From a virus: a stretch of 61,532 bases of DNA. The DNA is taken from the IMG/VR virus record IMGVR_UViG_3300050498_000085; one strand, 5' to 3'. Below are positions 51,529 to 59,808 of this stretch, one piece after another. The number at the start of each line of letters is the position of its first letter. Position 1 is the stretch's first letter. The notes under the pieces were generated by a model, which worked only from the letters and a program-made list of their open reading frames with translations, made no database searches and had not been told where the DNA came from. Position numbers and translations under genes: made by a program.

Positions 51529-52293
51529 ATGAAGCTGAAGATGCGTCCTCGTCCGCTCGCGTGGATCGACGGTCGGCCGGTGTGGCCGTTCGCCGGTGCC
51601 GAGGGTGAGGGCGAGGGCGACAACGCGACCGGTACACAGGGCGGTACTGGGGGCGCCGGCTCCACACAGAGCGGTGGTACGTCGGATGGTGGGACGTCGG
51701 ACAAGAAGGACGACGCACAGAGCGGCGGTCAGTCCTCTTCGGACGACAAGGTGGAGCGCTCCGAGTTCGAAGCGATCAAGCAGAAGATGATCGCTGCGGA
51801 CCGGCGTGCGGAGGCCGCAGAGAAGAAGGCCAAGGAGTACGAGGACAAGGACAAGGGCGAGCTGGAGAAGGCCACAGAGCGGGCCGAAGCAGCCGAGAAG
51901 CGCGTCCAGACCCTCGAAGACGAACTGGCCGACATGCGGCTCAACCAGGCGATGTTGACCGATCCCAACTACGGCGCGGACAAGTGGCACGACGTCGAGG
52001 ACGTCCTGACGCGACTTCGCAAGGCCGTGAAGGACGACGGGTCATCGGTGACCATCGCCGAGGACGGCACTGTCAAGGGCGTCTCGGCGTTCCTGAAGCA
52101 GCTGGCGACCAACAAGAAGTACCTGCTCAAGACCGCAGCGCAGAACGCGGGTGGGGGAGCTTCGGGCGACCCGGCCAACGGCGATCGGCGCGGCGGTGGT
52201 GGCGGCTCGGACGGCGCGGGCACCGGCAAGTCCGGAGTCAGCAAGGAGCGTCGCGCGAAGCTCGCTGAGACCTACCCATCCATCCGACGCTGA
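51529..52293 (+). CDS. scaffolding protein (putative), 254 aa
   Basis: Gly-rich N-terminus, then a charged coiled-coil-like region; position before the capsid genes. Confidence 0.7.
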   Translation: MKLKMRPRPLAWIDGRPVWPFAGAEGEGEGDNATGTQGGTGGAGSTQSGGTSDGGTSDKKDDAQSGGQSSSDDKVERSEFEAIKQKMIAADRRAEAAEKKAKEYEDKDKGELEKATERAEAAEKRVQTLEDELADMRLNQAMLTDPNYGADKWHDVEDVLTRLRKAVKDDGSSVTIAEDGTVKGVSAFLKQLATNKKYLLKTAAQNAGGGASGDPANGDRRGGGGGSDGAGTGKSGVSKERRAKLAETYPSIRR

Positions 52294-52312
52294 CGCAACT
52301 TCAGGAGGGCGC

Positions 52313-52681
52313 GTGAGCAGGTTCGACAAAGTCGAGCCGCTGGGCGGTAGCTTCAGGGCTGCCCTTGCCGCAGCGGTCGTCATTGGCGACGTCGGTGTGA
52401 TCAAGGGCGTGTCGCTGAACTCCAGCGGTCGGCTCGTGCAGGGCGCTGCGGCGCTCGGCGCCTACAAGGGCGTCATCTGCGCGGATTACACCATGGCCGC
52501 CACCCAGCCCATCGACGTGATGACGGACGGCGAGATCGTGGATCTCCCGGCCGGTTTCACCGCTGGGGCCGACATCTTCATCGCCGTGGCGACCGGTCTT
52601 CTGACCATGACCGCGACGTCCAACCAGTACCTGGGGCACATGGTCGAGACCGACCGCCTCATCGTGCGGATTGCGAGGTGA
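52313..52681 (+). CDS. head decoration / DUF2190-like protein, 122 aa
   Basis: GTG 52313 after AGGAGGG; small Gly/Ala/Val-rich protein directly before the major capsid gene. Confidence 0.6.
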   Translation: MSRFDKVEPLGGSFRAALAAAVVIGDVGVIKGVSLNSSGRLVQGAAALGAYKGVICADYTMAATQPIDVMTDGEIVDLPAGFTAGADIFIAVATGLLTMTATSNQYLGHMVETDRLIVRIAR

Positions 52682-53976
52682 GGGACGTGACCAAGGTCCT
52701 GGACCCCATCTTCGATCTGTCCCGGGTGTCGACCCTCGTGTACCCGGGCATGCGCCCGTTCGTCATCCCGGCCGGAGCGCTGCGCGCGCCCCGGTCCGAA
52801 GAGGACGCCGCACGGATCGTGGAGCTTCAGCGGCTCGGCGTGGTCCCCGGCTTCGCGGGTGGCGAGTACGGCTACAACTCCACGGGCGACTTGCTCACGC
52901 GGACGTCCGACGGATTCGACCTGAACGAGCTGTGGGACGAGTTCGTGGACGTCGTGAACCTGAACAACGAGCCGCGCGACAACATGGTCTCCTTCCTGAC
53001 CTTCCCGGTGACGGAGCCGGTGGAGCGCGTTCCTCAGGCCGGAAACCTCGTCAACTTCGAGGTGGCCACCGAGTACGGCGAGCCGCGCGGCGTGCGCGTC
53101 AAGCTGACGTACTTCTCGCTGGCCTACGACATCGAGTGGTACGACGTCGGCGTGCGGTACACGTACCGCTTCCTGGCGACCGCTCCGGCGTCGCAGCTCC
53201 GGGCCATCGCCAACTCGGTCAACGAGGCGGACAACCGGAACGTCTTCACGAAGGTCATGCGGACGATCTTCAACTCCGCCAACCTGACCGCGACGATCGA
53301 GGGTCAGCCGTACACCGTCTACAAGTTCTACAACAACGACGGCACGGTTCCTCCGGCGTACAAGACGAACACGTTCCTCTCGACCCACCAGCACTACGTC
53401 ACGAGCGGTGCGGCGACGGTGGACAGCGAGGACGTGGAGCGCCTCATCGGTCTGGTAACCGAGCACGGCTACGAGCCGGCTGTGGGTTACCAGCTGATCC
53501 TCCTGGTGAACAAGCAGGAGGGGACGCAGATCCGGAAGTTCCGGCTGGGGCAGACAAACAACAACGCGGCCGTGGCCAACTACGACTTCATCCCGGCCGT
53601 CAACCAGCCGGACTTCCTGCTGTCGGCAACGCAGCAGGTCGTGGGAGCGCGGCCGGCCGGAACGCTCCAGGGCCTCACGGTCATTGGGTCGTACGCGGAC
53701 GTCCTGGTCGTGCAGGACGACTACATCCCGGCCGGGTACATGGTGTGCTTCGCGACCGGTGGGCCACGGAACCTGCAGAACCCTGTGGGCTTTCGGCAGC
53801 ACGCGCAGGCCGCTCTTCAGGGCCTGCAGCTGGTTCGTGGTCCGGTGCCGGACTACCCGCTCATCGACTCCTTCTATCAGAGGATCTTCGGGACGGGCAT
53901 CCGGCAGCGCGGCGGTGGCGCGGTCATGCAGGTCACCGCTGCCGGTTCGTACACGGCCCCGGCCGCGTACACGTGA
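52678..53976 (+). CDS. major capsid protein, 432 aa
   Basis: GTGA overlap; size and synteny (after scaffold and decoration genes). Confidence 0.8.
   Translation: MRDVTKVLDPIFDLSRVSTLVYPGMRPFVIPAGALRAPRSEEDAARIVELQRLGVVPGFAGGEYGYNSTGDLLTRTSDGFDLNELWDEFVDVVNLNNEPRDNMVSFLTFPVTEPVERVPQAGNLVNFEVATEYGEPRGVRVKLTYFSLAYDIEWYDVGVRYTYRFLATAPASQLRAIANSVNEADNRNVFTKVMRTIFNSANLTATIEGQPYTVYKFYNNDGTVPPAYKTNTFLSTHQHYVTSGAATVDSEDVERLIGLVTEHGYEPAVGYQLILLVNKQEGTQIRKFRLGQTNNNAAVANYDFIPAVNQPDFLLSATQQVVGARPAGTLQGLTVIGSYADVLVVQDDYIPAGYMVCFATGGPRNLQNPVGFRQHAQAALQGLQLVRGPVPDYPLIDSFYQRIFGTGIRQRGGGAVMQVTAAGSYTAPAAYT
52794..52810 (+). repeat. dispersed motif copy GTCCGAAGAGGACGCCG, inside the capsid gene (RSEED)
   Basis: Read directly. 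Confidence 0.85.
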
Positions 53977-54035
53977 TCTCCGGGCGGGGCGCCCAAAGGC
54001 GGTCGGGTCTGCGGGCGCTCCGCACGGTTCCAACA

Positions 54036-54052
54036 GTCCGAAGAGGACGGAA
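54036..54052 (+). repeat. dispersed motif copy GTCCGAAGAGGACGGAA followed by a second GAAGAGGAC
   Basis: Intergenic; 9 nt before ATG 54062. Confidence 0.85.
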
Positions 54053-54061
54053 GAGGACAAC

Positions 54062-54577
54062 ATGAGGCAGATCGACATGAGCAAGCCTCTCTCGGACGAC
54101 GACCGGGACTGGCTGTTGGCGAACAACGGCGAGGATCAGGTGCGCCGGAACGCGGAGGAGCACGGCCTGGAGCTTCCGGAGGGGATGCCCAACCGTCCCG
54201 CCGGTACCGTCACCACCGGGGCCGAGCCGGCTCACCTCTCCGACCGGCTCTACCCCACCGGTCTCACTCCGGCCACGGCCGAGGCGGATCTGGATCGGCA
54301 GCGTCGGGAGGCGCAGTTTCAGGCCGCTCTGGATGCCGAGCGTCCCGAGGACGACCCGGACGTGGACCAGAGTGGCGAGGCTTCGCCGCTCGGTACCCGT
54401 GGGCTCACCGTGGAGACGGACGACAACCCGTACGAGAGCTGGAAGGGCGATGCCCTCAAGGCGGAGCTGGAGAAGCGCGAGCTGAGCAAGTCCGGGAACA
54501 AGGACGAGCTGGCGGCGCGTCTCCGGGCCGACGATGAGGAGCGTGCGGCAGCGGCCGAGGACGAGACGGCCGAGTGA
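54062..54577 (+). CDS. SAP/HeH-domain protein, 171 aa
   Basis: ..WKGDALKAELEKRELSKSGNKDELAARLRADD.. SAP-like helix-extended-helix; ATG 54062 (upstream part of the ORF-track frame overlaps the capsid gene). Confidence 0.65.
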   Translation: MRQIDMSKPLSDDDRDWLLANNGEDQVRRNAEEHGLELPEGMPNRPAGTVTTGAEPAHLSDRLYPTGLTPATAEADLDRQRREAQFQAALDAERPEDDPDVDQSGEASPLGTRGLTVETDDNPYESWKGDALKAELEKRELSKSGNKDELAARLRADDEERAAAAEDETAE

Positions 54578-54601
54578 GGTCTGGGGAGGGGCCGGGAGCA
54601 A

Positions 54602-54618
54602 CCGTCTACTTCGGACGG
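54602..54618 (-). repeat. reverse-oriented dispersed motif copy CCGTCTACTTCGGACGG
   Basis: Reverse complement = CCGTCCGAAGTAGACGG. Confidence 0.85.
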
Positions 54619-54660
54619 CCCGGTCCCTCCCAACTGCAATAAACCAAGGGAGCGCTCAGC

Positions 54661-55290
54661 ATGTTCACCGACTTCGCCAAGGGCCTGATGCTGGACGCCC
54701 TGGACGAGAGCCAGACCAATGGGGCCAAGTTCTGGTCCCTCCATTCGGCCTACTCCGCGACCGGCACCAGTGAGCTGTCCGGCGGTTCCTACGCTCGGCA
54801 GGCTGCGACTTGGGCTGCCGCGAGCGGTTCGCCCCGTACGAAGGTCTCCACCGGCTCGCCGGCCGCCTCATTCTCGGTGCCGGCCTCCACCGTCGCCTGG
54901 GTGGGGCGATGGGACGCGGTCACGGCCGGGAACTTCCTCGGCATGGGCCCGGCCGGTGGCGGAGCGCGTCGGCAGTTCAACGTCTCGGATGCGGCCGATG
55001 TCACCGCCAACACGATCGACTCTCCGGCGCACGGTCTCTCGGCTGGCAACCAGGTCGTGTTCTGGGCCGCTTCGGGCGCGGCTCTTCCGGCCGGTCTGAC
55101 GGAGGGCACCATCTACTTCGTCATCGCGGCCGGCCTCACCACCGATGTCTTTTCCGTCTCGACCACGAGCGGTGGCAGCGCCGTCGACATCACCGGCAAC
55201 GGGGACGGCGAGTTCCAGACGATCACACCGGAGGTGTTCGCCGGACCTGGTACGTACCAGCTGACGAGCGACACGCTCGCCCTGCCGTAG
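54661..55290 (+). CDS. fibre-like / receptor-binding-like structural protein, 209 aa
   Basis: RBS AAGGGAG; ..LHSAYSATGTSELSGGSYARQAATWAAA..VAWVGRWDAVTAGNFL.. and ..HGLSAGNQVVFWA..LPAGLTEGTIYFVI.. patterns recalled from phage fibre-type proteins; unverified. Confidence 0.6.
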   Translation: MFTDFAKGLMLDALDESQTNGAKFWSLHSAYSATGTSELSGGSYARQAATWAAASGSPRTKVSTGSPAASFSVPASTVAWVGRWDAVTAGNFLGMGPAGGGARRQFNVSDAADVTANTIDSPAHGLSAGNQVVFWAASGAALPAGLTEGTIYFVIAAGLTTDVFSVSTTSGGSAVDITGNGDGEFQTITPEVFAGPGTYQLTSDTLALP

Positions 55291-55349
55291 CTCGCGGCGT
55301 ACGGTTCGGCCGTCCTCGGCCCGCACGGGGCCGACCAACAGGAGGATCC

Positions 55350-57128
55350 ATGAACACCTTGAGGCGATGGCTCATCGTCTTGGCCGGAGCGCTCACGATC
55401 GTGGGCATCTCGCCGGCCGTCGCACACGCGGCGGTTACGAACACCCTGGGCAATGCGACGGTGGACAGTCCGAACGGGACGGACTTCACCTGGACGTGCA
55501 CCGTCAACCCGGGCGGAGCGAGCATCTGGATCACCGGGACGTCCTGGAACGACCCGAGCAACCCGGCGTATCCGCAGCAGTTCACGGGCGCGGACGGGAT
55601 GCCCTCGACCAACAACCGGACGAACGTGACCGGCAGCTCGCCGATCGTGCTGACGTTCAAGAGGGCGACGACGCTGGAGAACCAGTCGATGGGGTACCGG
55701 TGCATCTGGTACTCGTCCGCGACGACCAGCACCCAGCTCGGCAAGGACCCCACTGCGAAGTACGTCACCACGACGTTCGACAACGACCCGCCGAATGCGG
55801 TCCTCACCCAGCCCGACCCGGTGGACGAGGACGCCAACACGACTCTGACGGCGATCGACTCCACCGACCCGGACGACGGGATCGCCACGTATGACTGGGA
55901 CTTCGGCGACGGTACGTCCTCGCAGAACCACGCCTGGTGGTTCGTGGATCACGTCTATGCCGATCCCGGGACCTACACGGTCACGGTCACTGTGCAGGAC
56001 AACGGCGGTTTGACCGACACGGACTCCAAGTCGATCGTGGTCAACGACGTGAACGATCCGCCGGAGGCCGGCTTGACCGCCAGCCTCACGACCGTGGTCG
56101 AGGGCAACGCGATCATCGCGGACGCCAGCACCTCGACCGACCCGCAGCCGGGTGATGTTCTCAGCTACACGTTCGACTTCGGCGACGGGACCACAGTCGG
56201 CCCGCAGTCCGGAGCTACGGCCTCTCATACCTACACGGACGAGGGGACGTACAACGTCAGCGTGACCGTCTCGGATGGGACGCTCAGCGATACGGCCGGG
56301 CCGGTGGCCATCGTGGTGAAGACCACTACGATGTTCGGGTCCAACGTGGACGGCTCCACGGGTACCGAGACGTTCGCCCAGGCGCTCGCGCGGCAGGACG
56401 CAGCGTACGCGCCGGAGGTCATGCGGCTGTTCTTCAGCGGGCTGCCGTCGACTTCATGCACGGGGAACGAGCGGAACGCGCTCGCCCGGCAGCGTGCGTC
56501 GATCATGTCCTGGAAGGGCTCCGCTGCGACGCTTCTCACGGGCGGGTACGACTCCACGCTCAACGCGTGGTTCGCGTGCATGAACCGGCCGACTCGGGTG
56601 ACGTACTACCACGAGCCGGAGAACCCCACCAAGCCGTTCCAGACCACCGCCGAGAAGGCCGAGTACCGTGCGGCGTCCCAGTACTTCTACACGCTGGCGC
56701 ACAACCACGCGAACGCGGCCAACCTGATCGTGGTCCAGATCTTCATGGACTACACGCTCGATCCGACGTCGGGACGGAACATCCTCGACTGGTACGCGGG
56801 TGACGCCTACGTGGATGAGCTGGTGTTCGATCTCTATAGCTTCAAGGAGGAGGACACCAACGCCACGAACGACGAGACGATGGCCATGCACCAGGTTCGT
56901 CGTCCGTCGCTGGCGTTCGCCCAGGCGCACGGCAAGCCCTACTCGATCGGAGAGCTGGGATATGACGTGACGACCGGTCGGCCCGAGTTCCTCGCCGACG
57001 CAGCGGAGTGGGCTCGGGACAACGACGTGGTGGCGTTCTGCTACTTCGACAGCATCGGCAATCTCGGTGACCATCGCCTGCTCGACACAGCTTCGCAAGA
57101 GATCTGGGCGGCAGCAGTCGCCAGCTAG
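55350..57128 (+). CDS. secreted glycoside hydrolase: signal peptide + 2 PKD-like domains + GH26-like (clan GH-A) domain, 592 aa
   Basis: RBS AGGAGGA; MNTLRRWLIVLAGALTIVGISPAVAHA/A; YDWDFGDGT..HVYADPGTYTVTVTVQDNGG and YTFDFGDGT..HTYTDEGTYNVSVTVSDG; YYHEPEN, WYAGDAYVDELVFDLYS, SIGELG. Confidence 0.8.
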   Translation: MNTLRRWLIVLAGALTIVGISPAVAHAAVTNTLGNATVDSPNGTDFTWTCTVNPGGASIWITGTSWNDPSNPAYPQQFTGADGMPSTNNRTNVTGSSPIVLTFKRATTLENQSMGYRCIWYSSATTSTQLGKDPTAKYVTTTFDNDPPNAVLTQPDPVDEDANTTLTAIDSTDPDDGIATYDWDFGDGTSSQNHAWWFVDHVYADPGTYTVTVTVQDNGGLTDTDSKSIVVNDVNDPPEAGLTASLTTVVEGNAIIADASTSTDPQPGDVLSYTFDFGDGTTVGPQSGATASHTYTDEGTYNVSVTVSDGTLSDTAGPVAIVVKTTTMFGSNVDGSTGTETFAQALARQDAAYAPEVMRLFFSGLPSTSCTGNERNALARQRASIMSWKGSAATLLTGGYDSTLNAWFACMNRPTRVTYYHEPENPTKPFQTTAEKAEYRAASQYFYTLAHNHANAANLIVVQIFMDYTLDPTSGRNILDWYAGDAYVDELVFDLYSFKEEDTNATNDETMAMHQVRRPSLAFAQAHGKPYSIGELGYDVTTGRPEFLADAAEWARDNDVVAFCYFDSIGNLGDHRLLDTASQEIWAAAVAS

Positions 57129-57142
57129 TCCAAGGAGGAACG

Positions 57143-57817
57143 GTGGCGGAACGACCAGTTGGGGTCACAGATCAGGCCTCAGGTGCGGGAATTGCGCAGG
57201 TCCGGACGCGTGAGCGCGTTATCGGCTCGGACACGATAGCTGAGCAATATGTCATCCCGGTCATCGAATATCTTGAGGGATACAAACTGTCCTATCGAGG
57301 TATGGTGGCGTCGTTCCGCATCCCTGGGCTGGCGACCGGGAACCACAACCTTTTCACGGCTTTCAACAAGACCGGATCGACGAAGATTCTGGCGATTAGG
57401 AGAGTCATCCTCCAAGTAGACGACACAGGTGCCTTGCTGACTGTCGCGCCGCTCATTCAGTCGTCCCGAATTACCACGTTGCCGACTGGCGGGACTGTGC
57501 TAACAAAGGTGCCATTCGACACTGCATTGACTCCAGATACAAACTGTGAATTCATGGGAGGCGCCTCTGCGGACGGTACTGGCGCAACTATCACAAGTAC
57601 GGCCGGGACCCGAGCTTGGGCGCAGTTTAAGATGCGAGCTGCAACGCAGGTCGGGCAATTCCTCTACCCGGATGAGCCGATGATCCCGTCAATCGCAGAC
57701 GACACCCCAATCCTGCTACGAGCATTGGAGGGTATCAATATACAGGTTGTGCAGGCTGCTGTGACAACCGCGCACTATGTGGTTGCCTGCATGTTCGAAG
57801 AACTGGTGGCAGTCTAG
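57143..57817 (+). CDS. hypothetical protein, 224 aa, paralog A
   Basis: RBS AAGGAGGAA; N-terminus MAERPVGVTDQASGAGIAQVRTRERVIG matches 58103 product. Confidence 0.75.
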   Translation: MAERPVGVTDQASGAGIAQVRTRERVIGSDTIAEQYVIPVIEYLEGYKLSYRGMVASFRIPGLATGNHNLFTAFNKTGSTKILAIRRVILQVDDTGALLTVAPLIQSSRITTLPTGGTVLTKVPFDTALTPDTNCEFMGGASADGTGATITSTAGTRAWAQFKMRAATQVGQFLYPDEPMIPSIADDTPILLRALEGINIQVVQAAVTTAHYVVACMFEELVAV

Positions 57818-57829
57818 TCAGGAGGAGAA

Positions 57830-58009
57830 ATGGCAGTCGAGATCACCCAGGCTACGTACGATCAACTCTCTGGCTTGCAGCAGTACGCCCAGAATGAGGC
57901 GAATCAGTCGGCCAATGTGTCGAACCTCGAAGGAATCAATCGCGATGCAGCGCAGGCCAGAGCGGATGCGCTTGCGGCCATGCTCGCAGACGCAACCATC
58001 GTCGGCTGA
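57830..58009 (+). CDS. small helical protein, 59 aa (below ORF-track cutoff)
   Basis: RBS AGGAGGAGAA; MAVEITQATYDQLSGLQQYAQNEANQSANVSNLEG..; translated by hand and re-indexed. Confidence 0.55.
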   Translation: MAVEITQATYDQLSGLQQYAQNEANQSANVSNLEGINRDAAQARADALAAMLADATIVG

Positions 58010-58039
58010 CCTATGGCTCTGCTGACGAGTGATCAGGTC

Positions 58040-58063
58040 GCAAAGGTCTATGGACCTTTTGCG
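58040..58063 (+). terminator. weak hairpin AAAGGTC-tatg-GACCTTT followed by T-run
   Basis: 7-bp perfect stem 58042..58048 / 58053..58059. Confidence 0.3.
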
Positions 58064-58102
58064 GATAGGGTGTGGCTACTCGCGGTGGGGGTGTCGGCGT
58101 AG

Positions 58103-58762
58103 ATGGCCGAGCGGCCAGTTGGGGTCAGTGACCTCGCATCCGGGGCGGGTGTGGCACGATACCGCACTCGTGAGCGTACTGTCGGCGGAGAATCTGTTGT
58201 CGAACAGTACCTAATCCCACTGGCCGATCGAGTGCTGTCTTACCAGGGTCTGGTATCGACTTTCCGGACTCCAGGATCTGCGGCACTTCAGGGCGTCATG
58301 TCGCTCTTCAACAAAGCTGGGTCTGGTGTACTGGTAGCGGTTCGATTCGCAATCCTCCAAGCCGATCGGACTGTGAACACAAGTACAGTAAGGTGGATCG
58401 GCGCGAGCCGAATTACTACGGCTCCAACTGACGGCACTTTGTTGACTCCTATAGCTCTTGACTCTGCGGACTCGCATTCCTCGTCTGTTGAGGCTCGTGG
58501 CTTGGCATCCGCAGATGGTACCGCAGGGACCCTTACAGTGACTCCTGGCGTGTCTGGGTGGAGGACTTCAGCAGTGAGGCACACAGATAGTACAACTGCT
58601 GCACAATCGCTGTATCCTGATGGGTTCCTGTTGCCTAGAGCAGCGAATAATGACCCGGTTGTTCTCCTTGAGGGAGAAGGGTTGCTTGCGTACTTCATTG
58701 ACGTTTGGCCTAACACAAGCCACTTTGTAGTGCAATTGATGTTTGAGGAGTTCACAATATGA
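58103..58762 (+). CDS. hypothetical protein, 219 aa, paralog B
   Basis: MAERPVGVSDLASGAGVARYRTRERTVG..; both paralogs end ..MFEE(L/F).. Confidence 0.75.
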   Translation: MAERPVGVSDLASGAGVARYRTRERTVGGESVVEQYLIPLADRVLSYQGLVSTFRTPGSAALQGVMSLFNKAGSGVLVAVRFAILQADRTVNTSTVRWIGASRITTAPTDGTLLTPIALDSADSHSSSVEARGLASADGTAGTLTVTPGVSGWRTSAVRHTDSTTAAQSLYPDGFLLPRAANNDPVVLLEGEGLLAYFIDVWPNTSHFVVQLMFEEFTI

Positions 58763-59808
58763 CTCTCCTCAGCATTCTCCGCGATACATCAACTCCAACT
58801 GCTTCAGGTTCCTCCCTGTCTTCGTCCTCGCCCGCAGATAGAGCGCTGGGTGTCAAGATCGGCATTGGATCTTCAAGGTCACAAAGCACGCCAAGTGACT
58901 GGCCGATTGGCTCGGCTGTTGGGCCATCCGGAGCATCGTGGTCGAGCTCAGCGCCTTCTGACCGTCCTCTGGGGACGAAGATTGCTGCTGGAGCGTCTAC
59001 CTCCTTTGCATCGGTCTCAGATCGGCCGGCCGGGGTCAAGATTTCGGCGAAGACCACAGTTAGTTCCACAACCCCGAATGAGCGAGCAATTGGGTCCAAG
59101 GTTGCCGCAAATACAACGGTCTCTTCCTCCACACCCAGCAGTCGGACCGCTCTTGGTGTGAAGATAGTCGCTCGCGCAACGATTTCTGCGACGACCCCGA
59201 ATGAGCGGCCGACTGGGTTGAAGATTGTCGCCCGTAGCAGCTATACGAGTAGCACGCCCTGGGATCTCCCGAGCAAGGGCATCATATTCGCGCATAGCTC
59301 GCTTTCTTCAGCAACGCCGAGCGCGCTGGCGGCCGGAACAAAGGTTGCAGTAACGGTCTCGCGCTCGCAAGGTACGCTGAGCGATCGGCCGGCTGGGGCG
59401 AAGTCGGTAGCTCGTACATCCTTCTCCAGTACTCCGGCTGACGATCGAGGTATTGGTCGCAAGATCGTAACTGTATCCAGTGTATCGAGTGGAACGCCGA
59501 ACGACCGGCCGACCGGGAGACACATCGCGGCAGGGTCTAGTCGTGTGTCTACGGGTGCGGAGGACCGACCCGCAGGACGGAAGGTCGGCCAAGGCGTCAG
59601 CTACAGCTCGGGCACACCAGCCGACTGGGCTACTCGGGTGTTGTTCTATCGCAATATCACCATCAGATCAGGGCGAGTTTCAGGAAGAGGACCAATCGGA
59701 ACACTAGTCCGATCTGTGCCAGATGGATCAGTACGCCCGGCTACCCTCTCGGGGTCGGTATTCCATAGGATCCGTGGAGGGAGGCTCCAGCGCTATGGCC
59801 GTTCCTGA
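58759..59808 (+). CDS. repeat protein, 349 aa: about fourteen tandem 20-aa units (S-x-S-S-x-T-P-x-D-R-P-x-G-x-K-I-x-A...)
   Basis: Units read from ORF-track protein, e.g. TVSSTTPNERAIGSKVAANT / TISATTPNERPTGLKIVARS / SVSSGTPNDRPTGRHIAAGS. Confidence 0.75.
   Translation: MTLLSILRDTSTPTASGSSLSSSSPADRALGVKIGIGSSRSQSTPSDWPIGSAVGPSGASWSSSAPSDRPLGTKIAAGASTSFASVSDRPAGVKISAKTTVSSTTPNERAIGSKVAANTTVSSSTPSSRTALGVKIVARATISATTPNERPTGLKIVARSSYTSSTPWDLPSKGIIFAHSSLSSATPSALAAGTKVAVTVSRSQGTLSDRPAGAKSVARTSFSSTPADDRGIGRKIVTVSSVSSGTPNDRPTGRHIAAGSSRVSTGAEDRPAGRKVGQGVSYSSGTPADWATRVLFYRNITIRSGRVSGRGPIGTLVRSVPDGSVRPATLSGSVFHRIRGGRLQRYGRS

Noticed and set aside
54810-55349. N-terminal 180 aa of ORF-track 54810..57128
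   Set aside because: This part reads as Arg/Gly-rich junk and overlaps the well-formed gene 54661..55290. A strong RBS and a signal peptide start at ATG 55350.
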